A stretch of DNA of 64,000 nucleotides from Nageia nagi (lineage: Eukaryota; Plantae; Pinophyta), in the NCBI GenBank assembly GCA_050084985.1, contig JBITNC010000002.1:18724001-18788000 (forward strand), given 5' to 3'. Below, one piece after another: positions 39,725-53,529 of the stretch. Below the pieces are notes generated by a model, which was not told the origin of the DNA, ran no database searches, and saw only the letters and a program-made list of their open reading frames with translations. The stretch's first letter is position 1. Each line of letters opens with the position of its first letter. The position numbers were made by a program, and so were the translations under genes.

Positions 39725-41197
39725 GTAATAGTTTCAACACTTCCTTACACATTTATTCTCCAATTCTACAATTGGACGATTTCCTTCATGTTTTGTATTC
39801 GTTAGTGAAGGTTTCCGATCTATATAGAAGGAAATGTTGATTTGATATGAGATTCTGTGTTTGGGTTTTGGTAGAGCTTTTGAGATGTGGGAAGAGCTGC
39901 AGGCTACGATGGACTAATTATCTCAGACCTGATATCAAACGTGGCAAGTTTTCTTTCGAGGAAGAGCAGACCATTATTCAACTTCATGGCCTTATGGGTA
40001 ACAAGTAAGAGTTAAAGAATAGTGGCACTGTTCTAGCATGGTTAATTTTTTTCAACTTTTTTTAGATCTAATGACGATTCTGAATACAGGTGGTCTGCCA
40101 TAGCTTCACATCTTCCTGGAAGAACGGATAACGAGATTAAGAATCACTGGAATACCCATCTCAAGAAGCGCCTTCTCCACATGGGAATCGATCCCGTTAC
40201 TCACAGGCCTCGAATGGATCTCTACACTTTTGCCAATATGAACCAGTTCGTGGGGCTTCCTTCTCTGAACCACATCACGGCTGAGTGGGAAAAAACGTGG
40301 ATGCAAGAAGCAATGATGAAAGCATATTATCTGAGGATTCTTCAAACAATCATAATGAAGAAGAAGCAGAAGGCTCATCAGTACAATCAGAATGCAGGAT
40401 CAACGAATGTGGCTAACCTTCTGATGAGATCCCAGGTTGAGAAATCCTTCTCTAGGCCGGATTTCAACACTGATTCTATCTTGTCCCCGATTATGATGAC
40501 CCAGATACCCGACAAACATCTAGGATCCTTACAGTATAATACATTAGTTTCTGGTGCTTTGCAACAGTTGCAATCCCAATCTCAATCTCAGACCATGAAT
40601 AATAGTACCCTTCATTGTCTTAACCCTGATATTGAACACAAAAATAATGATTCTGTAACATTTCCCTTCTCCTCTATTATGAATAGCCAAGCGGGTGTAA
40701 TTCCTCATCAAAAACACAACTTAGATGAGGTCTATAACAATATGCTTAATGATCTGACAGTAATGTTGCAGCAGGAGCCGGCTTCCAAAATCCACGGCGT
40801 TCGCTCCTCAATGGCTTTGGATTCGGATTCTTCAGTCGTAAGGCCTGAAGATAACCTGTTCGGATTTTCCAGTAGCGGTTTAGACTGTTTAACGGCATTG
40901 ACATCTTCGACATCATCTCCCGATGTAGATTTGCTCCTCAATGCTTCTACACCAATGCCAAAGTCAAGCATCTACAAAAGCAGTAGTTTGAATACTAGTG
41001 GAAACACTACCGGTGAGAGACCTTTTCCATTCCCGTATGAATATCTATTGGATTCAGGAGAGCTTTCCAAGCAAGAGAAGAAACATGTGGATGTGCAGAA
41101 TTGTGAAGATGGAAGCAATTATTGGAAGAATATGCTCAGTTGTGTTACAGAAGCTACCGTCAATAATAATTTTAGTTTAATGGATTACACAGAGTGA
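39589..41197 (+). CDS. MYB: R2R3-MYB transcription factor, 3 exons join(39589..39724,39875..40004,40090..41197), 457 aa; MYB93/92/53- and MYB107/41-like
   Basis: Spliced protein [130 protein letters not shown]... GT-AG introns of 150 and 85 bp at the canonical R2R3-MYB positions (exons 136/130/1108 bp, 1374 nt in frame). Confidence 0.96.
39875..40004 (+). CDS. MYB: R2R3-MYB exon 2 (canonical 130 bp)
   Basis: Acceptor GGTAG|AG; encodes [23 protein letters not shown]...GN; donor AA|GTAAGA. Confidence 0.95.
40090..41197 (+). CDS. MYB: R2R3-MYB exon 3
   Basis: Acceptor TACAG|G; encodes [26 protein letters not shown], continuous with ORF 40181-41197 to TGA. Confidence 0.95.
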
Positions 41198-43449
41198 GGG
41201 GACGTGAATGGAGAGAGCAGATGCCGACCAGGTTTGTAGACAGTTTAACAAACAGGGTCAATATTAGTGGTCGCATCCTTTAACTTCAGGAGTAATATTT
41301 CAGTGTAATCTTGTATTATTTGGATTGGGGTTTAATTAAAAGAATTATGAACGGCCTACCTCATCGCTCTACTTGGTCGTCTTAAATGTCCTCTCATGAT
41401 CAAAGTTGAGTTCCAAATTCTCAATTCAATGCTTCTTTCCTCTCTCGTCCTTGTATAATATAAAATAACTATATGTTATATATATATAGTTTATTTTGTT
41501 GATATATATTTTGGAATTAGATTTTGTGTTTCAAGTTTTATTCTATAGTTTAAGAATAGTATCATTCCAATTAAATTAGCATTGAACTTTAATTAATAAA
41601 AAATTTAAATAATAAAATAAGTTGAGTAATTTAATTAAAAGTAATAAATAATCATAAAGTATAAAGTTATATTAGATGTGATAAAAATAAAAATCAACAT
41701 GTAAAATGTATGGATGATTTTTGTTAATATTATGTAAGTTATGATATTTAGAATTTATTGTTGATTTTTAATAGGTTATAATGATATCTTATAATATTAT
41801 AGTAGTGTTTAAAATTTGTTCAATTTAATTTTTGTTTGGGTATGCAAAATTTTTCATTTTACTTATATTTTTCTTAAAAATAGTGAGTTTCATTTTGACA
41901 TTTACATTTGTTGAATTCATCATGCTTGAATGAATAGAATTTTATTTATGGCAAATTCAACCCATCAAATTAAGAATAAAATCAGAAGTGTTATTCATGA
42001 TGGATTATATCATGTGATAGTAACTCATAAAAGAGACATATAAATTACATAATTGATAGTATATTAGTAATAACTTAGGCATATAAGGACAATTTTTTTT
42101 ACTTTTGGATCATAGGTGTTAAGTAAAATAATGTACTTCATTTAGATGGATTAATTTATAATTTATATGTATGTGGGATAACACCAATTAAGATTAAAAT
42201 AATATTTAAATGATTTATTGAACTAATAAATTCTAATATTTATCCTTTAGATTTTATTTTTCTTTATAAAAAAATATAATATTACTTTTTAGAGATGCCT
42301 AAGCCAGTTTGATGTTGGGAATTTGAAGAAATAATATTTTATGTTGTAGCCCATAATGTAACATTAAATATTCCATGTGATTCATTTTGGGAAACATTTT
42401 TTGGCTCTCAAAATATAGTGCTGAGATGCACATAACAATTTATATGGTGGTGGGTAAAATCACTCTAAATATCATTAATAAGGGAATAGAATAAAATTAT
42501 GTCATTAAAAAATAATATCATTATTTTAGGTGTTTATAGTTTACCTTTATTGACATATGTTGCTCTTTGTGAGTAGTAGTGTATATCTCACAATGTAATG
42601 AAACAAAAAAATGGGAAAAATAGAACACCAATAAAGGTTGTTTGATGTGTGTTGGGATGAAAGAAAGGCAAGGGAAGTATTATACAAGAACTCAAAAGGG
42701 AGGATGGACTATATTTAGAAAGTTACAAGAAATAAAATAAAATAAAAAACTTTTTTTACTCATTTTCTTTATTATTATATTATATTTTCATATCTCTTCT
42801 ATATTTATAGCATACATATAATAAGTAAAGATATTATCGTCAATGATGGCATAAAATTCTATAACATTCACTTAAATTGTAAGTTGCATCGTCTAAATTC
42901 ATCTTATTTTTATGGTCATAATATTAACTTCTAGCATGTCATAAATATATTTTAAATTTTCATAAAGCTTGAATTAGATACAAAATGAAATTTTAAGGGA
43001 CTATAAATGAATGAAACTAAAGAAACGTAGAACATATTGGACTAGGAATGAAATTATTATCTTATATCAATTTTGCTATTGACTTATAATTACTTTTGTA
43101 TAAAATTATTATACGTCTCTGATAATCATGGTGATGCCACCACATTTATCTTATCATCATAATTTTTTTTTTTTTACTTTTATGTTATATTGAAGATATG
43201 GAAATTTGGATTTCTTAGTTGCTAAATATTATATTTTCCCAATTGCTACCTTGATCTCATAAGGGAGATATATTAAAATATGTGTTGTATTCAATTATTA
43301 TTTGAATATGATATTATTTTTATAGGGATAGGATTAGCCTAAAATTTTACATCTTAAGCATGGGAATAAATACTAATCCTTTACTAATTTTTATTTAAAT
43401 TTAAGAAAGTATATCTTTCATATCATTATGATATTTTTTAGTGGTACAC

Positions 43450-44400
43450 ATGTTATCATGTAGTATCAAATGAGAGATTGTGAGATTAAGTAGATAATTG
43501 CTTGGTTTAACCATATCTAATTTTTCAAATGGTCCACTAATGGATACTCTATTAGTGATGAATTGTATGTTTCTATATATTAGTTAATTTTGGGTAAGAT
43601 GTCAACTATAATTTTCTCTATAAAAAGGGAGGAAATATGTTTCAAATTGGCCCAGGGTATACACTTTATGATTTGATTAATACGAGCATATTATACACTT
43701 GAGGAAATATTCTTTAAGTACATAAGTACCATGATTTATACCATTTCTTCTTTATTACTTAAATTAACATTTTTCTCCTAGGAGTACTCTATGTAGGATT
43801 TCTTAAGCTTATAGTTAAGTGGAGGCCAATGTGATTACCTTTGATATTAATCTCTCTAGATCCACCATACATTTGTTGTTAGTACAATGACATAAAAAGT
43901 GGATGGGTAATAATATATTTTTTAGTAGCATAATAAAATTGGATGTGTGATGAGCTATGAAGGGAGAAAACCTAATGACACTATTAAAAGGGTGATAAGG
44001 ATTGGCTTAAGGGTACACACAAATTTTAAGGTAAGAAAAGAGAATGAGGAATCTTTGGGAGGTATAAAATTTCTCAATAAAATCATCTAGATATTATATA
44101 GTGACAATAAGGCTTGGTGAAAGAAATTTATAGATGAGACCCTTATCTATTGATCAATAATGAAGCTAAGAGTAAAATCTTTTCAAGCCATTTATTTATG
44201 ATGAACATTACTTATTGAATTGAGATACAAATAATAAATTCTCAATACGAAGGATAGATAATATGGAGACAATTAAGGCATATGATGAACATTAGTAAAT
44301 TAACTGAACTACATTAGTAAATATTCACAATGATAAATAATTTTATCTTATAAATATTGAGAAGAACTAATGTTTATAATATTATGTCATATAGTTAGAG
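43450..44400 (+). mobile_element. Very decayed gypsy RT/RNase H-like remnant
   Basis: Faint Q..KW...(Y) and Y.GRENL..L.R-like traces at ~43880-43990. Confidence 0.25.
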
Positions 44401-44539
44401 GAAATAATTCTTAATTTTTATGGTCATAATGAATATTGAGTTATTTATTTTATTTTTGATTTATATGATATAAATTGATATTTCAATTAATCCTAAAATT
44501 GATGAATTATTTTGTGGTTAACATGCAATTATGCATATC

Positions 44540-47500
44540 TACGTAAATGGGGTTCATACTATAGTCCTTATTTTCCATGTTGATCCTATAAAATAGTAAT
44601 AGCAAAAATAATAGTAGCTCTAACTATAGAAATTGCATAAAGATGAACTTAATAGAATAATGCCTAATTATTGGATCATAATTATAGCATGTATCCTATG
44701 AGAGAAAGATAAAAAATTTTGTACCGATTACCTTACCTACATGATTGAGTATATTTATAGACCTAAGATTATAAATAAATTAGATTCTTTACATGTAACA
44801 CCTAGTAACAAATTGATTGTAATAGACTAGCATGAATTCTAAGAATTTAACATAAATGTATATAGAAGTATTAATATATAAGATAATATCGATATTATGC
44901 TCACTATAGATTAGTTATTGCAACTAAGATATATATCAATATAACAAAATAATAAGCTTAGTCTAGCACATAAGTATGAATATGAATGATAAGAGCTTGT
45001 GTGATAACTACATCTTAATCTTAATAGTTGATGATGAAATTATCGTAGCTTATTTTTTTAAGTGTGACTATCAAGATAAAAATATTATAATATTTCCATG
45101 AATACTTACCTCCCTTTTATAAGTGAGAGAACTACAAAAATATCCACTTAAAGTTCAACATTGACACTAGGGTCCTCGAAAAAAATGTCATGGGGACATA
45201 ATTTATGTCAGTCAAACAAATAATAATAATATAAGAGATAATGATAAAATAATGTATATTATCCATTAATTCTTATGATAACTAATTTGAGATAAAAGGT
45301 ATCAAAATTAGGTGTCAATAGTTATACCCCTTTGCTAAGTTTAGTTAAATGAAATAAAATCATGCTTGTAAAGGAAAGAAAGAGAGAGAAAAAAGAATCC
45401 TCCAATCTTAGCAAAGTGTTAGATCATCAAGATTTTGATGATGTACTACATCTCCTCCTTACATTTATTATTGAAGGAGATACTTAATAAGTTCAGAAAA
45501 TACATGTTGATATATTGTACAAATATATTATTAGTAAGAGAAAAAATGATATTAATATAAGATAACATACTATAGATAAATAATCATTATAGTATCTAAT
45601 TTCATATTCATGGATCTATGTCACCATAAGAGAATTAAATACACCATTAATAGATAATCTTAAGGAACAGAAATCTCTCATAGTGATAATATCATTTTGG
45701 GTACCCTTTCCCCTAGGTATTGTTTAAGTGATCATTTTTGATATAATACAAAAAAAATCTTTTTAAACTATGAAAAAAATATTACTCATACTTATAGTTC
45801 TTGGATAATCTTGAGGAATTGTACTTACAAATGTCTTATCATTAACATTATTCCCAATGTTCACACTACCTTAAGAATCTTTTTAAACATAAGATTGATT
45901 AAGAATGACCTTATTGATGAGATACTTATTTTGAAATTTTTTTTCTATAAAATCATGCTATCATAATCTTGCAAACTTCTTTTGAGCAAACCACTTGATT
46001 TGGGTGATAACTCTATATTTAGACTAATATTTAGCTTTTCATCCAAATGAATAGCTCATAGGTTGTTTTTTTTTATCAAGAAATGATAATCATTGAATAT
46101 AGAAAAGACTTAGAATTTATATTAGTAAAAAAAGTAATTTGAGCTTGAAATCTAAGGATTAACATTACGAATGATCCCTAAAATTTTTTTGAATTAAAAA
46201 AGTGAAAATAAAACTAGACATGGCTTGCTTTATTCATGCATAAAAGGGTTTTAAGGTGCATGATATTTTTAATGCATTTCCTCCTTTCCATATATAGTTC
46301 ATAACTTATAAGCTTCATTCTGATACTTGGCTATAGAAATATAGGTTCCAATCTAGTTAATATCTAACTTTCCTTTATCATTTTTATGTATTGGTCTTTG
46401 GATGATTTTTTTTTAGTACCAAATAACTAACCATTAATTCTTTGTATCCAATATTCTTTCTATAACCTATTTTGATCATATTTGATAGGTCCTTAGGTGT
46501 TCTAAAGCAATTATACCTTTCTCACTAATATTTTCCAATTTCCTTGGCCTTTTCAACCATTTATCTACATTCATGTAATTCTAATACTTTAGAAAATATA
46601 ATATTTTTTTTAATAAATTAAGGAATATGAAGTTATTGGAATTTTCAAATCTCATTTGAAAATTTGAACATATTGATGTTTTACAAACTAATCCTTACTA
46701 AATATTTCCATAACCATTAAGTTATTTCATTGATATTAGCATTGTAAAATTTGAAAGTTAGCTTCAACCATTAGCTTGATTATATTTTGTTATTTATCAA
46801 TGATAAAAAAAATCATATATAAAGGTATTATCCACCAAAGCATATGCTAGAGAAATATACCTTCATTCCTTTAAAACCTTGATAGTCTTATTAATAGCCT
46901 ACATAAGTAAATATAAAGCATTTGATAGATAAATATACCAATTTTTGTCAAATTATATGATCCTATGAGATTTTTCTATTATGCTAGTTATTAGATTAAT
47001 TCTTTTTGCATCATGTGTTAGCCTAAAATAAGTTTGATTGGTTGAAATATAAAAACATAGATATCATTAGATTATCAATTTAACCTAGTTGAAAGAAGTT
47101 TCTAGCTATTAGATATTTGGAGTGACACTTAATGGAAGATGAAGGTAAAAGATAAATGTTAAAGCTATAATTTAATCAGTTTCTTGTAATAAGTGATTTC
47201 CTACTAGAGAAAATAAGGATCAATCTATAAAAATCATATTTGTTAAGCATAGAAGGTGTTTCACTAGTATATAACATTTTGTTAACTATCAGTTATAGCT
47301 TGGGGGATGGAAAATAGCTTAAACAAAATAACAAGTATAGCTAAAGATATATAGTATCTAAAAGATAATCTCTACCAAAGACATTCTATTTATTACCATT
47401 AAATTAAAAGTTAGCATAAAGTCATCATTATTATTACATCGATTTATTTGAAAAGTTAGAATAATACATGTATGGCTAGCATCTATAATCTTCCAAGTAT
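44540..47500 (-). mobile_element. Tat-like Ty3/gypsy 3' part (RNase H/integrase remnant, PPT, 3' LTR)
   Basis: Minus strand GCAAAGGGGTATAAC-TATTGACACCTAATTTTG at 45335-45303 mirrors the PPT/LTR junction at 25535-25568. Integrase C-terminal NDHLKQYL at ~45715-45738. Left limit is uncertain. Confidence 0.5.
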
Positions 47501-48329
47501 CTAAATTTCCACAAGTTATCAAATATAGACATCTATTTTATAAAAATTAATAACAAATAATAATACTATAACCACTCCACTAATGATTGAAGGATTTTTC
47601 ATCATTGGATCAAAGCTAAGTCCAATGGTTGAATTTGGCTAGAAGATGATTAAAAAAAGTAATATCTAAGTAAAAATATAACAAGTGAAAAAAAATGGAA
47701 ATGAAATAAAAAAAATACTACCAAAGTATTAGTGATGAAAATCTTAAGGCTATCTAGCAAGTTAATTCAAATTAGCAAAACTCCAATGGTGAATAAGGGG
47801 AAAGAGATTAATAGTAAAAACTTATTAGCATTTAGAATCAATAATTGCATCAAAGGAATTAAAAATTAAGTTACATACTATATTAAAAGAATAAACATTG
47901 AAGAAACCTAGTATATTTTGAGCTTGAATGGCTTTGGTTTCACTCCACCCATACCATGACATGTCAATTCTCACCCATGTGAAACATTATCTCAAAATGG
48001 ATTCAACATGAGAAGAAACATTTGGTTTATGTCAGGAATAATTAATGGAATCCACCCACTAATACCATGGGTGGCCCCATAGATCTTAAATTAACCTTGG
48101 TATATCCAAAGATGCCACTAGTTAGTGGAGAAGATTAGGGGATTTATTAAGAAGGATTGGATCTTGAAGCCATGATATGATATCAAAATAGGAAAAAGAT
48201 AGTGGGATTTAGTATTATCTTCCACTACCAATTTAATACTTGACCATGAAAATATAACTCATAATTGGCCATGAAAATAAAAACCAACCCAATCTTATAA
48301 TCACATCAAAGGAACAAAAACCTGAGTTA

Positions 48330-50314
48330 TATACTATAATATTATAGAAAAGGTTATAATAGAAAAATATCAAACCTTGAAGATGTAGTTTGAAAACATG
48401 CAAATTGAAAAAATAGAAAGTGTTAGAGACATTTATTTCAATAAATGATATGATGGATAAAATTAAAATCTATAAAGAAACTATTGAAGAAATTATAATT
48501 GTTAGTAAGATCTTAAGATCCTCAATATCAATATGGATTTACAGGATTGTTAGATTAGAGGAATATAAGGATTTATATACCTTGAAATTTTAAGAGCTAT
48601 TGATTCACATTTATCTTATGAAAATTAAATATACCATTACACTAAGATGTCAAACCAAGATGAGGATTGCGAATTTATTTAAAAAAAAAGCTACCAAAGT
48701 AAGAAACTAGAGGATAAAGCACACCTAAAGATTTCAATCAAAAGTGAAAAGGAAAAAGGTAACCTAAAATAGAAGCCTAATATGAATAAAAGTAATAAAA
48801 CTTAGTAATATTATAAGAAACCAAGTCACATAAAAAAATTTATAATTTTAGTAACGAAGAATTGAAGAGATCATAGTGGATACAACAAGAAATCCCACAC
48901 CATTGAGTATGATTTATTGATAGTTGTTTCTCCAAACACATATCAAACTATAAGGATTGTTGGAATAAACTTTATAATGAATACATATTTTAAGTGAAAT
49001 TAGGAGATGTAAAAATGGTTTAAGTGGTGGGAATGGAACTATATTCATCAAGTATAATGAAGGTAATATAACCATCAATTATGTTTATCATGCTATTAAC
49101 ATACAAAATAACTTCATAAGTGTGTGGAAGGTTATTGAAAATGGCTTTACATTGATATTTAAAAATGATGCATGCCTTATGTTTTAATAGATGTAAGGAA
49201 TCAAGATAATTGGCATATACTTTATGTCAAATAATAGAATATTTCCACTTAAATTCAATTACAACTAATGGTATATGTTATACTACTATTAATGACTTAA
49301 CTTGTTTATAGCATGAGAGTTATGGGAAACTCAATTTTTGAAACCTACATATTCTTCATCAAACTATAAAGGTACATGGGATAACAAAATTCTAAGTGAA
49401 AATAAAATAAGTATGTAAGGTTTGCATATTTACAAAGCATCTTAGGGAAAATTTTACTATTAACAAGTGGAAAGCTAGTCAACCATTGGAGGTGGTCTAT
49501 TATGATTTATGTAGTCAAATGCATTATGCAAGTATTAAAAAGAACCTTTAGTTAATCAATTTCATTTATGATGCTTCTAAGTATGTTATAATTTTATTTA
49601 TGAATATCATAGATGAACCAATTTTAGCCTTCAATATATTTAAATCTATAGTTGATAATTAAAGTCAAAAATCTATTAGTAGTTTGATGATATATAGAGG
49701 AGGATAAATTTGCTCCAAGTAGTTTATTGACTATTTTTTTTCTTATTGTATCAAAATCAAACTAAAAAAATCTTATAAACCATAAAAAATTATATGGTGG
49801 AGAGAAATAATAGGGTAATACTTAAATAAGTTAGAAGCATATGTAAAAAAAAATTTAGAGAGGATTTACTAGGATGAAGTAGTGAATATAATTATTTATT
49901 TACTCATAAAAGTCCTACAATAGAAATTAAAAATAAAACTCTCTACCACTCTTGGTATTGTAAGAAACTAACTATTTCACATTTTAAAGTATTTATTTCC
50001 TTAGAATATATGCATGTTAATGGTGAAAAAAAGAAAGAAATTGTATCCCAAAACTAAAATCTATATCTTCATAGGTTACAATGATTTAATCAATGCATAC
50101 AAGTTTTATAATCCTAAAACTAAGAAGATCTTTATTTTCAATGATGTTATTATTATTGAAAATTTTATTTATGATGATCACTATAAAATACTAATTTTAG
50201 TTCAAAATGAAGGAAAGAATTCGATAGCTGAAAAATTGAAAGGAGATGACATACAAACTACTATATCAACATCTATTGAAGAGATTTCTATACAAATATC
50301 AATTAGCTCATATT
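48330..50314 (+). mobile_element. Ty1/copia element D, gag-PR-integrase; close sister of element C, truncated by a gypsy insertion
   Basis: Colinear with ~30090-31757 plus 33541-33900, e.g. CAAACCTTRAAGATG, GCATGAGAGTTATGGGAAACTCAA and ATTTATGATGATCACTATAAAA. ORF 50014-50322 resembles ORF 33488-34000. Confidence 0.88.
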
Positions 50315-53300
50315 TGATATAGATTCTTGCAAGAGATCAAAATAGATATCCACTATTGCTTCACAACATACAAGTAAATCAATGGAAGAATAAAATTCAT
50401 AATAAGAAATCTTTATCCTTTTGAAACTACATTAATCCCTCAAAAGGATTACAATCCAATTTTATAATGCATCTCTTACCCTCCTTTCTAATTTTAAGAA
50501 ATCTTAAAATATAGCTAAGATGAGGCCCAAAATGGAACCATGAATCCATTACTCAATACATGTGATTATTCTAAAAATAGAACCTACAAATAGAACTAAA
50601 GGTAAAAGCAACATTGTGATTGTACAAAAAACATTTCAAGCCTTGAAATTATCTCCCATGGGAGATGTTATTATCTTGTATATTTTTAAATTCTACATGA
50701 TCTAAAAAAATGGGTTCAAAAAGATATCAAGATCAAAAGTTACACCCTCTATAAGGTACATCATTATCCTTTGGTGAAAAAGAACTTAGCTTGGATAAGT
50801 TCAGCTAAATTGCAATCCTAAAGCTTCTAGTTATCAATTTTCTATAGCTCTAACTCTAAAATCTAAGTATTAGCTAACTATTGTAATCCTTCCCATTGAA
50901 TTAGGTATTTATTGTAGCTCCCATATTTGGTGGTGATCACCTTCTTATTGAGCACTTGTGCAACTCTATCCTTTTTCTTCTTAGGTATTTATTGTGACCA
51001 ATTTATTGTCTCTTATAATTCACCATCCTTAATATTATCAAGATACTAAAATAAATCATAAAAATAGAAATAAATGAAATATCAAACTCATAGGGCAAAT
51101 CCACTCTATAAGCACTATCATTGATCTTCTTCAAAATCTTACAAGGCCTAATTTTCTTGAGTTTTAGTTTGTTATACATCCCTTTAGGAAACCTTTGTTT
51201 TCAAAGATGAACCATGACCATATAACCCTATTCAAACACTTTTACTCTTATGTGTGCATCACAAATTCTTTATAGTGAGCATTACTACTATGTAAGTTTT
51301 TTATCACTAACTCTTGCAATTTCTGCATAGGCTCAATGAATGCTTCTACATCATCATAAACTTGTTCCCCCATTGGTAACTCCTCTAGTGTGACATCTTA
51401 ATATTCTTTTAGAAACTTAGTTTTGGCTATAGGCATAACCACTTCCTCTATTTCTAACTTCCTAGTTATTAAGGTATAATAGAAGCTAGCTTCCTTGATC
51501 ATTGCAAGAAACTCCTTGGTTTCCAATAAGCTCTCACTCAATACATCCTCCTTAAAAGGTACAAGAACTATCTTTACATCATCCTTCCATAGTGTGTGAT
51601 TATTATTTATATCATTATGATTAGAATACCTTTCATAATACTAAGGTCTCCCTAATAAAATGTGACATTCATCCACTAGGATCACATCACACCACACTTG
51701 ATCCTTGTAAGTTTTTCCAATTGAGAAGTTGACTAAACACCTCTTATTAATGTTCACTACATTATTTTTAATCCATGAAACAAGGTAGGTGTTGGGATGC
51801 TTCTCACATTTGAGTTTTAATTTCTCAACCATGATATCAGAAACTAAAGTTTCATAAATACCACCATCAATGACCATGTTACATACCTTTCATCCTAATG
51901 TGTATCTTATGCAAAAATTATATTACATAACCAAGAATGTTCACTATCTTCTGCTTGCATATTCATCTTATCTAGAACATTAAGAGTTCTCCTTAACATG
52001 AGAGTTTCACCCATGTCTATAGTAACTTCTATCTCATTCTTTTCCTCTTCTTCAACTAGAGTGACCCTAGCTTGTCCCTCTCTTTAGCATCATACTACGG
52101 ACATTCAAATTCTTTATAACCTTCCTCTCCATATCTATAACAAATGAATGGTTTCCATGGTCCATTCCACATCCTACCTCCACTATTATGTCTTCTTCCC
52201 AGATATACTCTTCCTCTTTGGTAGGTATATAGACCCTATCCCACTTGATCCTCCTATCTGAAAAATGTTGAAGATTCTCCTTTGGCAAAATTAGATCCAC
52301 CACACCTTTGATTTAAAAAGGGTATTGATCCTTTCTTCCCCCTTATATTAATTTTCTTAAGCTTTTGCTTGGATTTTAGGATCATTTGTTCTACATCCTC
52401 TATAGTAAGAGTATGATGCATACTTAACTCATCTTGAATAGAAACACTTAGGCCATTCACCTACCTTGCATCCTCTCTTCTCATCTATCTCACTATGCTC
52501 CACATGAATGGATAATTTGTAGAACTCATTGGTGTAATATTTGATGCTCTACTATTTCTATTGAAGATTATGGAATCTATGAAATAAGGTTTGGGAAAAA
52601 TATATAGGAACAAATTTCTCTTGTAATTTCTTCTTCATCTTGGCCTAAGCCCTAATCTTCTCTTTACCCTTTCACTATCATGAAGCCTATAAATGATCCC
52701 ACCAAATTAATGCATGCCCCCTCAACTTCATGCATGCAAATTCACCTTCTTATCCTTAGGAAGACTACTCCATTAAAAATATTTCTCCATGCTATTTACC
52801 CAATCCATCAATCCTTTGGTTTCAACCTACCAACATACTTTGGAATCTCTATCTTAATCCCATATCGACTTTCTTTTAGCCCTTTCAAGGCTTGGATTAG
52901 CCTATTTTCAAAGCATTATTCTTCTACTATAGGACATCTTGGTCCTTCCTCCACCTCAACATTAGGTCCATCTTTCCCAAACATGCTCTCATAATCAAAT
53001 CTCAGATTTGGGCATGTATTGGGTCTTCTCTCCCCTATGCAATTAATTACATTGGTTAACCATGTTATTTCTGCATGTAGATCCTCTATCTTCCTATTCA
53101 TGAGGGCATAAGCACTTGCTACACCTCTAGCTTATCTTCTAGGAGGCATCATCCCTCCAATAGTAAGATCACACTTACTCTAATACCAAATGATGTAGAT
53201 TCCTGCAAGAGACCAAAATAGATCTCCAAAATTGATTCACAACATACAAGTAAATCAATAGAAGAATAAAATTCATAATAAGAAATCTTTATTATTTTGA

Positions 53301-53520
53301 ATCTACACTAATCCCTCTAAAGTATTAGAATCCACTTTTATAAAGAATCTCTTTCGCTCCTTTCTAATTTTAAGAATGCCTAAAATATAGCTAAGATGAG
53401 GCCTAAAATGGAACCATGCATCTATTACTCAATACATGCAATTATTCTAAAAATAGAACTAAAAGTAAAAGAAAAATTTGGGTTGTATGATAAGCATTTT
53501 AGGCCTTGAAAGTATCTTTA
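50315..53520 (-). mobile_element. Non-autonomous CRM-like Ty3/gypsy element (gag-PR fused to integrase C-terminus; RT/RH/IN core absent)
   Basis: LTRs 50315-~50962 and 53191-~53520 (truncated) share TGATRTAGATTCYTGCAAGAGA... PBS TGGTATTAGAGT (53188-53177, tRNA-Met type). Gag MPPRR at 53149. Protease VIDGG..VEKL..HP..CDV...CHILLGRP. Integrase tail [18 protein letters not shown]. Confidence 0.88.
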
Positions 53521-53529
53521 TGTCATAAT

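Noticed and set aside
39514-39840. ORF-track 108-aa ORF as a standalone protein with N-terminal extension
   Set aside because: It starts at a TTG and reads through intron 1. The real start is ATG 39589 with splicing at 39724.
40106-41180. Overlapping antisense and alternative-frame ORFs (40106-40378, 40732-40971, 40998-41180)
   Set aside because: Shadows of MYB exon 3 with no independent motifs.
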